Assembly: GCA_964057225.1 (NCBI GenBank)
Contig: OZ059895.1
Coordinates: forward strand, 6,448,001-6,512,000
Source: Auanema rhodensis
Lineage: Eukaryota > Animalia > Nematoda
Reading direction: 5' to 3'
DNA length: 64,000 nucleotides
Of this stretch, positions 11,198-19,542 are shown piece after piece (position 1 is the stretch's first letter; each line of letters opens with the position of its first letter). A program made the translations under genes and the position numbers. Under the pieces are notes generated by a model, which saw nothing but the letters and a program-made list of their open reading frames with translations, had not been told where the DNA came from and searched no databases.

Positions 11198-11404
11198 TGT
11201 TTGAATTTCACAAGTGAATCCGTAGGAGATCCTTAATTTATTTAGATACTTTTTATTGAGGAATAACGGAACGGAATAATGGTATGGAATTACGGGAATG
11301 TGGAAATGTGGAATTATGAAAATGTGGAATATCGGATTATCAGAAAAATAATTTGTCTAATAAATAAGAATCTTCCTACGTAAAAGTGTTTTGTCCCGGG
11401 TGCA
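11198..11404. promoter_or_regulatory. Divergent promoter region with an imperfect inverted repeat enclosing a GGAAT-like array
   Basis: Lies between divergent starts at 11197(-) and 11405(+). IR at 11221-11250/11351-11380; about 10 (Y)GGAAT-like units at 11260-11340. Confidence 0.55.
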
Positions 11405-12010
11405 ATGGAGAAACAAATAAATAGATACACACCTACAAATGAAGAATTAGAAGGATTGGATAACTTAATTTCAAAAATTCCTGATTTGCAAAATTTGATT
11501 GAAGAAAATGCTGATTCCTTAGACTTGATTATTAAAGGTATAGATACATTAAGAATAGATAATGTTTATAAAAAAGGTTTGAAACAACTTTTCATTGCTC
11601 TAGAGAAGACCCATGTAGCAAAAGAAACCTATAAATATTCGAACTTCAAGAATCAGGATACCATAGAACTTCTACTGGAAAGGGAGAAACAGTATAAATC
11701 AATTATTGCTAAACAAGCTGAAAAACATAGTGATAAAAGTGGAATTGAAGAGATGGATAGAATGTTTTCGAGTATTATGATAAAACCTGAGAAAAATAAG
11801 AAGATATCTGCATATACTAATAAAAAGATCAAGGATATCAAGTTCATTGAGGACTTTAAGCCTATTTTTGAAGAAGAAGGTTCAAATGAATATACAAAAG
11901 AAGAATTAATGAGTATGAAAAGCAATCCCAAGAAAGGTCCTATGTTCAAAGGAGTTAAAAGTATCAACATTCAAAACACAAAAGAAGATACAATTGTGAT
12001 TAAGAAGTAA
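11405..12010 (+). CDS. Hypothetical Maverick protein (201 aa, K/E-rich)
   Basis: Long ATG ORF in AT-rich DNA whose stop abuts the ATPase stop; no family recognised. Confidence 0.7.
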   Translation: MEKQINRYTPTNEELEGLDNLISKIPDLQNLIEENADSLDLIIKGIDTLRIDNVYKKGLKQLFIALEKTHVAKETYKYSNFKNQDTIELLLEREKQYKSIIAKQAEKHSDKSGIEEMDRMFSSIMIKPEKNKKISAYTNKKIKDIKFIEDFKPIFEEEGSNEYTKEELMSMKSNPKKGPMFKGVKSINIQNTKEDTIVIKK

Positions 12011-12766
12011 CTATTCAAACAAACAAAAATATTTCAAACATTTCCTATACCTACCATCTTCCAGAGGACTAGATTTATCAATAGTTAAAAAATTATACTT
12101 CGTAGACCAAATTTCTCTTGTAAACTCAAGAAATTCTTCTTTTTTAATTTCACTAGCGTGATCTCTGTAGATGTAATCTAAATTCATCTTATCTTGAGGA
12201 AAGATTATGAAGAAGTTAGCATTCTCTCTAATTGTATTTTTTGGTAGCTTAATATAATTTTGAGAAATGTAGAAACAATCAATTGAAGAATGACGACCTC
12301 TAGTATAATATTGTTCTATTTTATTTTGTTTTTCTAATAAAAGATCATCAAAAATAATTAGAGTTTTCCTATTAGGATCAATTGAACTAGGATCTGGAAT
12401 ATCTTCTAAAGAAGAACTAGTGAAAACGTCAATGATTGGCTTGAAATCATCTTTTTCTTCAATTATGAAGTCTTGCTTTTCAAAACACCTCCTAATTTCT
12501 TTTTTACTCAATCCTTCATTCATTCCATTAATTAATGCTTGATAACAAGGTTGAAATAAAGTTGTACTAAAGATGTATAAATTATTGTAATCAAGGTATT
12601 CTTCTCCTTTACCATTAGGTGAATCAAGGAGTAAATTCATTAGTAAATTAGTCTTTCCACATCCACTCTTTCCAATAATACATCCTCTTATACTTTGGGG
12701 AAGTAAAGGATTGTTATTTCTTTCTGGATAATAATTTTTGATACTGTAGTCACTGAAATCACTCAT
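12011..12766 (-). CDS. A32/FtsK-like genome packaging ATPase
   Basis: Walker A GKSGCGKT, Walker B LIIFDD, RGRH, ISQ..., IRENAN. Likely start MSDF at 12766; the ORF track extends to 12910, overlapping the next gene. Confidence 0.93.
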   Translation of the reverse strand: MSDFSDYSIKNYYPERNNNPLLPQSIRGCIIGKSGCGKTNLLMNLLLDSPNGKGEEYLDYNNLYIFSTTLFQPCYQALINGMNEGLSKKEIRRCFEKQDFIIEEKDDFKPIIDVFTSSSLEDIPDPSSIDPNRKTLIIFDDLLLEKQNKIEQYYTRGRHSSIDCFYISQNYIKLPKNTIRENANFFIIFPQDKMNLDYIYRDHASEIKKEEFLEFTREIWSTKYNFLTIDKSSPLEDGRYRKCLKYFCLFE

Positions 12767-12852
12767 TTTTAAATTTATACCTAAGTATTTAAAATGTTTG
12801 AAAAATATAAGATAAAATAAATTATTTAAATAAATTGAATCATTAATTAAGA

Positions 12853-13257
12853 ATGACAAGTCTCTTCTTAAATATATATCGAACAAATGAAAAGACATTT
12901 CAATTTCCACAAGATTTAAAAATTAGTAGTATTAGTGTTGTGAAGATTGATGGAATTTTGGATTGTTCTAATGATAAGCCTTTTGTCAGATCTAAAGATC
13001 TAGGAATCTCCGATTTCGTTTATCTATCATGCAATCTTATTTGTGATACTTTCATTGATGAACGACAAAGTAATATCATTTGCAAGTTTCCTTTAGATTC
13101 ACCTAATGGAGGAGTAAAATATGAACCAATAAACTTAATTTATCATCGAAGTGTTAATAATTGTAATACTTTAACACTAAAACTAGTGGATGATAAAAAT
13201 AACCTTATTGACTTTAACAAATGTGATCTTCATATAGAATTATATGTAAAAACGTAA
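12853..13257 (+). CDS. Minor capsid protein (penton, single jelly roll), short form
   Basis: VYLSCNLI...SNII..F...P.G..YEP.NLIY...LTLKLVDD.NNLIDFN...IEL pattern of Polinton minor capsids. Confidence 0.75.
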   Translation: MTSLFLNIYRTNEKTFQFPQDLKISSISVVKIDGILDCSNDKPFVRSKDLGISDFVYLSCNLICDTFIDERQSNIICKFPLDSPNGGVKYEPINLIYHRSVNNCNTLTLKLVDDKNNLIDFNKCDLHIELYVKT

Positions 13258-13276
13258 AAAAAGGAAATAATTTAAA

Positions 13277-13621
13277 TTAAATTCTTTTGAATCCTGATCC
13301 TTCACTAGGTCTTGCAGATCCTTTCTTTAGAGCTCTAAGAAATGCTGCATTATTTTTGTTCAATCCTTCAGATTTATTAGTATTCAATTTTTCAAATTTA
13401 TTTGGAGTATTCAATTTTTCATTTGTAGTATTCATTGATTTTTGAGTAATACTTCCTCCTTCACTAAGTGAATGTCTTGCAGATCCTTCCTTGACTTTTA
13501 CTTTTTCATTGATTTCTATTTTTTCTTCATGTTTAATATCTTGAATCAATTCTATTTTATCTTTCTCTTTTGGACTTATGATAACATATTTTGAAGAATC
13601 ACCAGAATTGAAGAATCTCAT
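13277..13621 (-). CDS. Small basic, low-complexity protein (possible core protein)
   Basis: ATG at 13621 (ORF track starts at a TTG at 13639); K-rich with G-x-G motifs. Function is inferred only. Confidence 0.5.
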   Translation of the reverse strand: MRFFNSGDSSKYVIISPKEKDKIELIQDIKHEEKIEINEKVKVKEGSARHSLSEGGSITQKSMNTTNEKLNTPNKFEKLNTNKSEGLNKNNAAFLRALKKGSARPSEGSGFKRI

Positions 13622-13765
13622 TACGTTTTTGCTCTGCAAAACCTGGTGAATTCCGAAGGAAGATTCTTATTACGTTTTGTAGAGTTGACTTTAAGGAAGC
13701 TTGCTTACGCAGAATATAATTTATTAAAGAATAATAATAATTAAATAATTTAAAGATAGAAAAAT

Positions 13766-16108
13766 TTAGTCTACAACAAGAGATCTTCTATGTTCATTTC
13801 TGAAATCTTGCAGTTCAACATCTTCATGATTTTTTGTTCTCACAAAAATTGGACTCCTATTTCTCGGATTTCTATTTTTTCTTGAATCAAAGAATGTTTT
13901 TGGAGAAAGGACCATCCAAATAGATCTACCTATAAATATGTAAAAGAGAGTAACACCAATAGTTACATAAATCCTCCAAATTCTAATGTAATACTTCTCA
14001 AAGATGCTAGAAACTTCATCTAATATTTCATGAGGAATCATACCATCTTGACTATTTGAGTGTAATTGAATGCTAGTATCAGCTTTTTCTCGCATCTCAT
14101 TAATTAATTCTTCCTCTATATTCGTTTTTGTATCAAGGAGAATATGTTCATGAAAGATTACTTTATCATCTAAGAAATTTAGATCGAACTCTTCAAAGTT
14201 TTTGAAATTAGTAACATTATTAGCCATAGGATGTAGTGCTAGGCTACTAGAAATTATTCCCCCACTTGGATCATTCTTGTAATACCAAATCTTGTCTGAA
14301 TTCTTTAATCTAATGGGTATTTGTCCTTGAGTAAGAGCTAAACTTGTCTTGAATCCATCAAAATGAGTTAAGTCTATGAATTCAATTTCTTCATCTTCTA
14401 AAGATTTACAGAACGTTACCTGAACTACTTCTTCAGAAACCATTTTCACCCTTATCGCAGAATGATTTAGTTGTTTTTGAATATATGTTCTAGGATTTTC
14501 TCTTATTAGTGTTTCAAGAAGAGAAGTATGTTCATTAAAGATATCACACATTACTTCAGCTGTATGTCTTAGTAGATTATTTGATTTGTTCTCAAGATAT
14601 TGAAACTCTCCAGCTGCTTGAAAATCTGAGTAAACTTGTCTTCTTGTTCTACCAATCCTCTGATTTCCAAAGGTCTCGGTATTTTTAGATTTTCTATTTT
14701 CTAATTCTTCGAGAGCATATTTAGCAAATTTAGTAACGTATTCATCATAGGTTGGAAAAGTATCACATGCATCTCTAGTTTTTACGAAATCAGAGATTTC
14801 TAGATCTTTGGTTTTTAAATAGTCTTCAAAACTTGGAAGCAGTAAACAATCGTTTTTAATCTTTGAGTATTCTTCATAAGTGGGTAATGGAAAAGGTTCT
14901 TCTAAACTTTGATTCGTAGATCTTTTGACCCTTTTGGTAGTATCAATCCTCTGGATTTCAGAATCTTTGATTTTATTCGAATTCACAGAAGTAGTAGTAG
15001 TATTAGGACCAGTATTCAATAATCGTTGTCTTTCCAATTTTTCCTTCTTTCTTTTCTCGAATTCAAGATATTGCTTCATTTTTTCTTCTCTTCGCTTCTC
15101 AAATTCTTTACGATCAGCTTCGTATTTATCTCTTGTTTCTTTGTCTTTTTGATTTTGAATTTCTTGTTGTCGTTTATAATATTCTTCTCTTTCTTTTTGA
15201 TACTTCTGAGGACGATTCATCAATCCTTCGGATCTAGGAATCTCTGATTTTATACTCATTTCTTGGAGGCTTGGTAGTCCAGCAGTAGTAAGAGCTTGTG
15301 GGGTAGGAAGTTTTTGAATATTTTGAATTTCCTTGACTGCAAAACCTTCTTCACTAATTAAGAGATCAATATTACAATCTCTAATAATTTTATTTCCTTT
15401 AAGGTCTAAAGCAATTTGATTTTGGCTATTAATCCACAATCCATTATTCATGGTTCCATCTAATTTCCCAATTGAAATGTATTGACAATTTTGATCTTTA
15501 TTAACATCCCAAATCATAATTTCATTCATCTTCCCAGGTTGACAAGAACCATCTTGATATTTACACTCCGACATATCAGCTAACACATTAGATGGTCTAC
15601 TTTGGTTAAAGTGAGAATAGACCTTAGTCTCAATAATTACACAATTTTCTTTGTAATATCTTTTACTTGTAAAGAAACTAGTAAATCGATTTGGATAATC
15701 TTCATTCACTTTATTATTTGTACTATATATTCCTTCTTTACCTTTCCCTAAACTTCCATATTCACATTTCTTATTTGCAATCCATTCTCTACATTCTGCA
15801 ACACTAATAGAACGATGATTCAATTTCTTTTCTACTAAGTGCTCATATCCTGAAAAATCTGTATACATTGATACTTCACTTACTAATTTCTTACACAATT
15901 TAGCTTCCCTTGAGTATTCAATAATGTTCGGTTTATATACTTCATACCTTACTACTTTTGATTGACTATTTAATTGTCTATGATAATTACATTTGTGTAG
16001 TTTCGGAAGTTTGAAATATTGAACTGGTGCATTAGAAGTACAAATGATAGCAGCTAAAATATCATGATGAGTAAATATAAAGAAAAAGTAGAATTGCAAT
16101 AGATTCAT
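13766..16108 (-). CDS. Envelope fusogen, class III-like (herpesvirus gB / rhabdovirus G type) type I membrane glycoprotein
   Basis: N-terminal signal peptide; Cys-rich ectodomain (CREW..KKC, NC, CKYQDGSC..IMIW..C); furin-type sites RVKR and RTRR; C-terminal TM (IYVTIGVTLFYIFIG) and basic tail. Nematode Mavericks are known to carry a gB-like fusogen. Confidence 0.82.
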   Translation of the reverse strand: MNLLQFYFFFIFTHHDILAAIICTSNAPVQYFKLPKLHKCNYHRQLNSQSKVVRYEVYKPNIIEYSREAKLCKKLVSEVSMYTDFSGYEHLVEKKLNHRSISVAECREWIANKKCEYGSLGKGKEGIYSTNNKVNEDYPNRFTSFFTSKRYYKENCVIIETKVYSHFNQSRPSNVLADMSECKYQDGSCQPGKMNEIMIWDVNKDQNCQYISIGKLDGTMNNGLWINSQNQIALDLKGNKIIRDCNIDLLISEEGFAVKEIQNIQKLPTPQALTTAGLPSLQEMSIKSEIPRSEGLMNRPQKYQKEREEYYKRQQEIQNQKDKETRDKYEADRKEFEKRREEKMKQYLEFEKRKKEKLERQRLLNTGPNTTTTSVNSNKIKDSEIQRIDTTKRVKRSTNQSLEEPFPLPTYEEYSKIKNDCLLLPSFEDYLKTKDLEISDFVKTRDACDTFPTYDEYVTKFAKYALEELENRKSKNTETFGNQRIGRTRRQVYSDFQAAGEFQYLENKSNNLLRHTAEVMCDIFNEHTSLLETLIRENPRTYIQKQLNHSAIRVKMVSEEVVQVTFCKSLEDEEIEFIDLTHFDGFKTSLALTQGQIPIRLKNSDKIWYYKNDPSGGIISSSLALHPMANNVTNFKNFEEFDLNFLDDKVIFHEHILLDTKTNIEEELINEMREKADTSIQLHSNSQDGMIPHEILDEVSSIFEKYYIRIWRIYVTIGVTLFYIFIGRSIWMVLSPKTFFDSRKNRNPRNRSPIFVRTKNHEDVELQDFRNEHRRSLVVD

Positions 16109-16157
16109 TGTATTTAACTTAGAAAAAATTTATTCTAATTAAATTGAAAAGTCTAAA

Positions 16158-17408
16158 ATGACCGAAGCTGTTGATAGAATCCTGATTGTTGATAGTCCAA
16201 TTATTCAAGATACTTCAATTCAAAAAGAAAATTTGATTAGCATATTTCCTTCATCAGGATCTAGTTTAAATCAACATGGAGAAATAAATTTTATAATTGA
16301 AACCTGTGATCAATATCTATTACTTCATAAATCTTATATATATTTAGAAGCTTCATTGACTAAACTTGATGGTACGCAACTCGCGGATACTGATGAAGTC
16401 TCACTTACCAATAATGCTCCAATGTTTCTATTTGATAGAGCTACTTACTCAATGGATGGTATGCAAGTTGAAAATGTCATTGATCCTGGAAGAGCTACAC
16501 TATTAAAAGGTTTACTTACTTATTCTTCCACAATGAATAAACAAAATACATTTGGATGGATACTTGAAACAAAAGATATCCTTCAATACAAAATAAATAA
16601 ATACACAAAAAATAGAAAAGGTAATCTAACATTCTGCATTCCTCTAAGTCATATTTTTGGTTTTGCTGAATGTTACAATCGAATAATTTATGGAAGAAAG
16701 CATACTTTAGGACTCTATAGATCTCCAGAAAACAAGAATTCTTGTGTTTCTTCAGATCCTACTAAATTTACATCTAAAATGACTATTAATAAACTTCAAT
16801 GGATAATTCCTAAAATTATGCCAAGTCTTGAGATGCAAAACAAACTTCTAAATATATTTGAAAGTAATAAACTCATTCAAATGCCTTTTATTTCTAGACA
16901 ATTTGAGAGTTATAATATTCCTAATGGTAATAGAGAATTTACTTGGAAACTTGGAACTAAATATGATAAGATAAAATACATTGTCATAGCATTTCAGACT
17001 GCTAGAGATAACAATTATCTAAATGCTGCAAAGTTCGATAATTGTGGATTAGAAGAAATTTATGTTGAACTAAATTCAGAAAGATATCCATATGAATGCT
17101 TGAAATTCGATTTTGATAAATTCAATGCAGTTCAACAATACAATTTTGCTAAGGAATTTAGAAATAGTTATTATGAATCCATAAAAGATTATATTTTCAT
17201 GGAAGAAGATGTCTATTATTATTACTATCCACTTCTAGTATTTGATGTATCAAAACAAAATGATAGAATTATTGCATCTCGACCTGATGTTACAATAAAA
17301 GCTTCCTTTAATAAAAACATTGCTCAAAGTACTAAATGTTACTGTCTGATTCTTTCAGAAAATATTGTTGAAGTCAAGAATAATAGAGTTAAGGTTGTTA
17401 GCATTTGA
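16158..17408 (+). CDS. Major capsid protein (double jelly roll)
   Basis: 416 aa; LNQHGEINF, LTNNAPMFLF, IPLSHIFGFAE, VELNSERYP, PLLVFDVSKQ motifs of the Polinton MCP. Confidence 0.92.
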   Translation: MTEAVDRILIVDSPIIQDTSIQKENLISIFPSSGSSLNQHGEINFIIETCDQYLLLHKSYIYLEASLTKLDGTQLADTDEVSLTNNAPMFLFDRATYSMDGMQVENVIDPGRATLLKGLLTYSSTMNKQNTFGWILETKDILQYKINKYTKNRKGNLTFCIPLSHIFGFAECYNRIIYGRKHTLGLYRSPENKNSCVSSDPTKFTSKMTINKLQWIIPKIMPSLEMQNKLLNIFESNKLIQMPFISRQFESYNIPNGNREFTWKLGTKYDKIKYIVIAFQTARDNNYLNAAKFDNCGLEEIYVELNSERYPYECLKFDFDKFNAVQQYNFAKEFRNSYYESIKDYIFMEEDVYYYYYPLLVFDVSKQNDRIIASRPDVTIKASFNKNIAQSTKCYCLILSENIVEVKNNRVKVVSI

Positions 17409-17482
17409 TGGAATCAAACTAGGTTATTGCAAATAACTGTGCATCTAAGATGCTCTTGATTTTCATAGAAAATTGCGAATAT

Positions 17483-18817
17483 TTAATTTTTTAAGTCTCC
17501 TTCGTTTATCCAAGAATTAAATTTATCTGGATATCCATACCACTTGACAAATAACTCTTTTACTTTGTTTCTAGTCCTATGTTTCAATACTTTCTCGATT
17601 TTGAACTCCTCTTTGACATTATTATAAAGTGTAAGTTCCTCAGAGTAAAACTTTCCTTTAATTTCCTCATCTGCGAAATCTTTTATTGAATACATAATTG
17701 GATCACCTATTAGAACTTCAGAAATCTTAAATTGCTCTGTACTCCAATTTGGTAGATATCCTTTATCAAAAATAGCTTTATATTTTGTAATTCTGACAGT
17801 ATCACCTATTTTGAATTTAGCTTTGCTCAAAACCCCTGGGAATTTCGCTTTGTGTAAAGCCTTTGAATCTGTTTGAAATTCTTCCTTTTCAATTTCTTTA
17901 GGAAAAAGATTTGAGTAAACAATACTTTGATTTTCTATTTTTGAAGCCTGTATTGGAGTCATTTTTATTGAAGTGTGATAATGATTATTATATCCTAACA
18001 CAAGATCATCAAGAATATCAACCCACTTATGATTACCTTGATGAGTAAACATCTTCCACATCTTTTCTTTTAAGGTTCTATTAAATCTTTCGATAATAGA
18101 AGCTTTCTTATCTGAATAAGTTGAGAAGTGATTAATTTCTAATTTTTTGAAGAGACTTTTTAAATTGGAATTGTAATACTCTTTACCATTATCAGTTTGC
18201 ATCTTTTTGGGTTTTCTTTTACTTTTTGTGAAAACTAAAGAAAGAGCATCTGCAGTTTCTTTGCCTGTTTTACTCTTAAGAGGAACAACCCATGCAAACT
18301 TACTAAAACAATCAATTATAGTTAGAAGATATCTATAACCTTTATTTTCTTCTTCGTAGGGAATCATTTCTACGAGATCTGACTGCCACTGATCATCTAT
18401 TCCACTGACATAAACTCTTTGACTCTTGAAGTTCTTACGAGCTGGCTTATGAAGAGTGTAAACATCTTGTTCATTCAGGAACTCTTTAACCTTTTTCTGT
18501 GACACCTTTGCTACTCTTGATAGTTCATTGATACCGCAGAAACCTGTTTTAGGAGAATAATAAGCTTTTTCTAAAAGATCTCTTTCACCTTCGGAACTTG
18601 TGGGTTGTCTAAAAATTTTAGATTTTTCACTAATTTTAACCTCCTTGATATCTCCTAATCCAGAACCTCCTGTGATTGTTGGAATTAGCTTACACTTCAT
18701 TGTATTACAATCTTGGCATAACCCTTTTATCATAGAACGTTTCGAGCTTGTTTCAACATTAAATATGTCAGTAGTATCAGTAAATTTTTTACATTTGAAA
18801 CAGTATACTAATTCCAT
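17483..18817 (-). CDS. Retroviral-like (RVE) integrase with N-terminal Zn ribbon and C-terminal chromodomain
   Basis: DDE triad in WQSDL, QTDNGKE, IERFNRTLK. N-terminal YCFKCK...CQDC; C-terminal IEKVLK...FVKWYGY....NSWI. Confidence 0.96.
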   Translation of the reverse strand: MELVYCFKCKKFTDTTDIFNVETSSKRSMIKGLCQDCNTMKCKLIPTITGGSGLGDIKEVKISEKSKIFRQPTSSEGERDLLEKAYYSPKTGFCGINELSRVAKVSQKKVKEFLNEQDVYTLHKPARKNFKSQRVYVSGIDDQWQSDLVEMIPYEEENKGYRYLLTIIDCFSKFAWVVPLKSKTGKETADALSLVFTKSKRKPKKMQTDNGKEYYNSNLKSLFKKLEINHFSTYSDKKASIIERFNRTLKEKMWKMFTHQGNHKWVDILDDLVLGYNNHYHTSIKMTPIQASKIENQSIVYSNLFPKEIEKEEFQTDSKALHKAKFPGVLSKAKFKIGDTVRITKYKAIFDKGYLPNWSTEQFKISEVLIGDPIMYSIKDFADEEIKGKFYSEELTLYNNVKEEFKIEKVLKHRTRNKVKELFVKWYGYPDKFNSWINEGDLKN

Positions 18818-18843
18818 AATTTAGAAGTTAAAATTTGTTGGCT

Positions 18844-19005
18844 ACAAATATCTTATTTGATTTTGTGAAATGGGGGACGTTCAGTGAAAATGGATGTCTT
18901 CACTAGAAAGTGAATTCACTTCCACCTAGCCATGAACCCCAAACATGGCTACCTCTTCCGAGGTATTAACTTTTTCACTTGGCTTCAATCAAACAAGATA
19001 TTTGT
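18844..19005 (-). other. Predicted multibranch stem-loop element upstream of the integrase
   Basis: 19-bp closing stem plus four internal hairpins; three A.C mismatches on + become G.U on -. Confidence 0.55.
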
Positions 19006-19542
19006 TTTTTTTCAAAATAAAACAAGAAGATGAAATAACAAAGAATTAACAACAACAATCAAATGATTATTCACTTTCTCCCCATCCGGAAAAGATTCTT
19101 CAAGTCGTTACATAAACTGTTTTCTCAGAATTTCGAATGCTCATTCAACATTTCCTGCTGAAATATATCTTATTCATTTAAATTCTTTGTTTTCTTTCGC
19201 TGAATGTCTTTCAGATCCTTTGGTGTGACGTATAAAGGTCAGCAGTGTTCCCTTTCTCTTTGTGTGACCTTCTTTTCTCTTCCTCACTCTGACCAAGCAC
19301 AATCACACATTTGCTCCAGTTGAACTAGGCGCACGCGACGCGACACGCAAACGCGTTGGGCTAGAGTGGAAGGGGGATGAGAGTGACGTGTCTGTGAGCA
19401 GAGACGCAGAGGAAGGCGAGAAACTGCCGGCATCGCATTCTTCCATTAATTGTTTTTATTAAATTTATGTTTATTGAACTAAATCCGTGTATTAATTTCC
19501 ATATTATTATATTCTCTAAGTTATTTGATTAAAAGTTTTCAG

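Noticed and set aside
11260-11340. CRISPR-like or telomeric array
   Set aside because: Units are 5-9 bp and degenerate, with no spacers; not TTAGGC; eukaryotic context.
18844-19012. VA-RNA-like Pol III transcript on the + strand (about 160 nt, paired ends, followed by a T8 run)
   Set aside because: No convincing A/B boxes, and the wobble pairs and GNRA loop favour the - strand.
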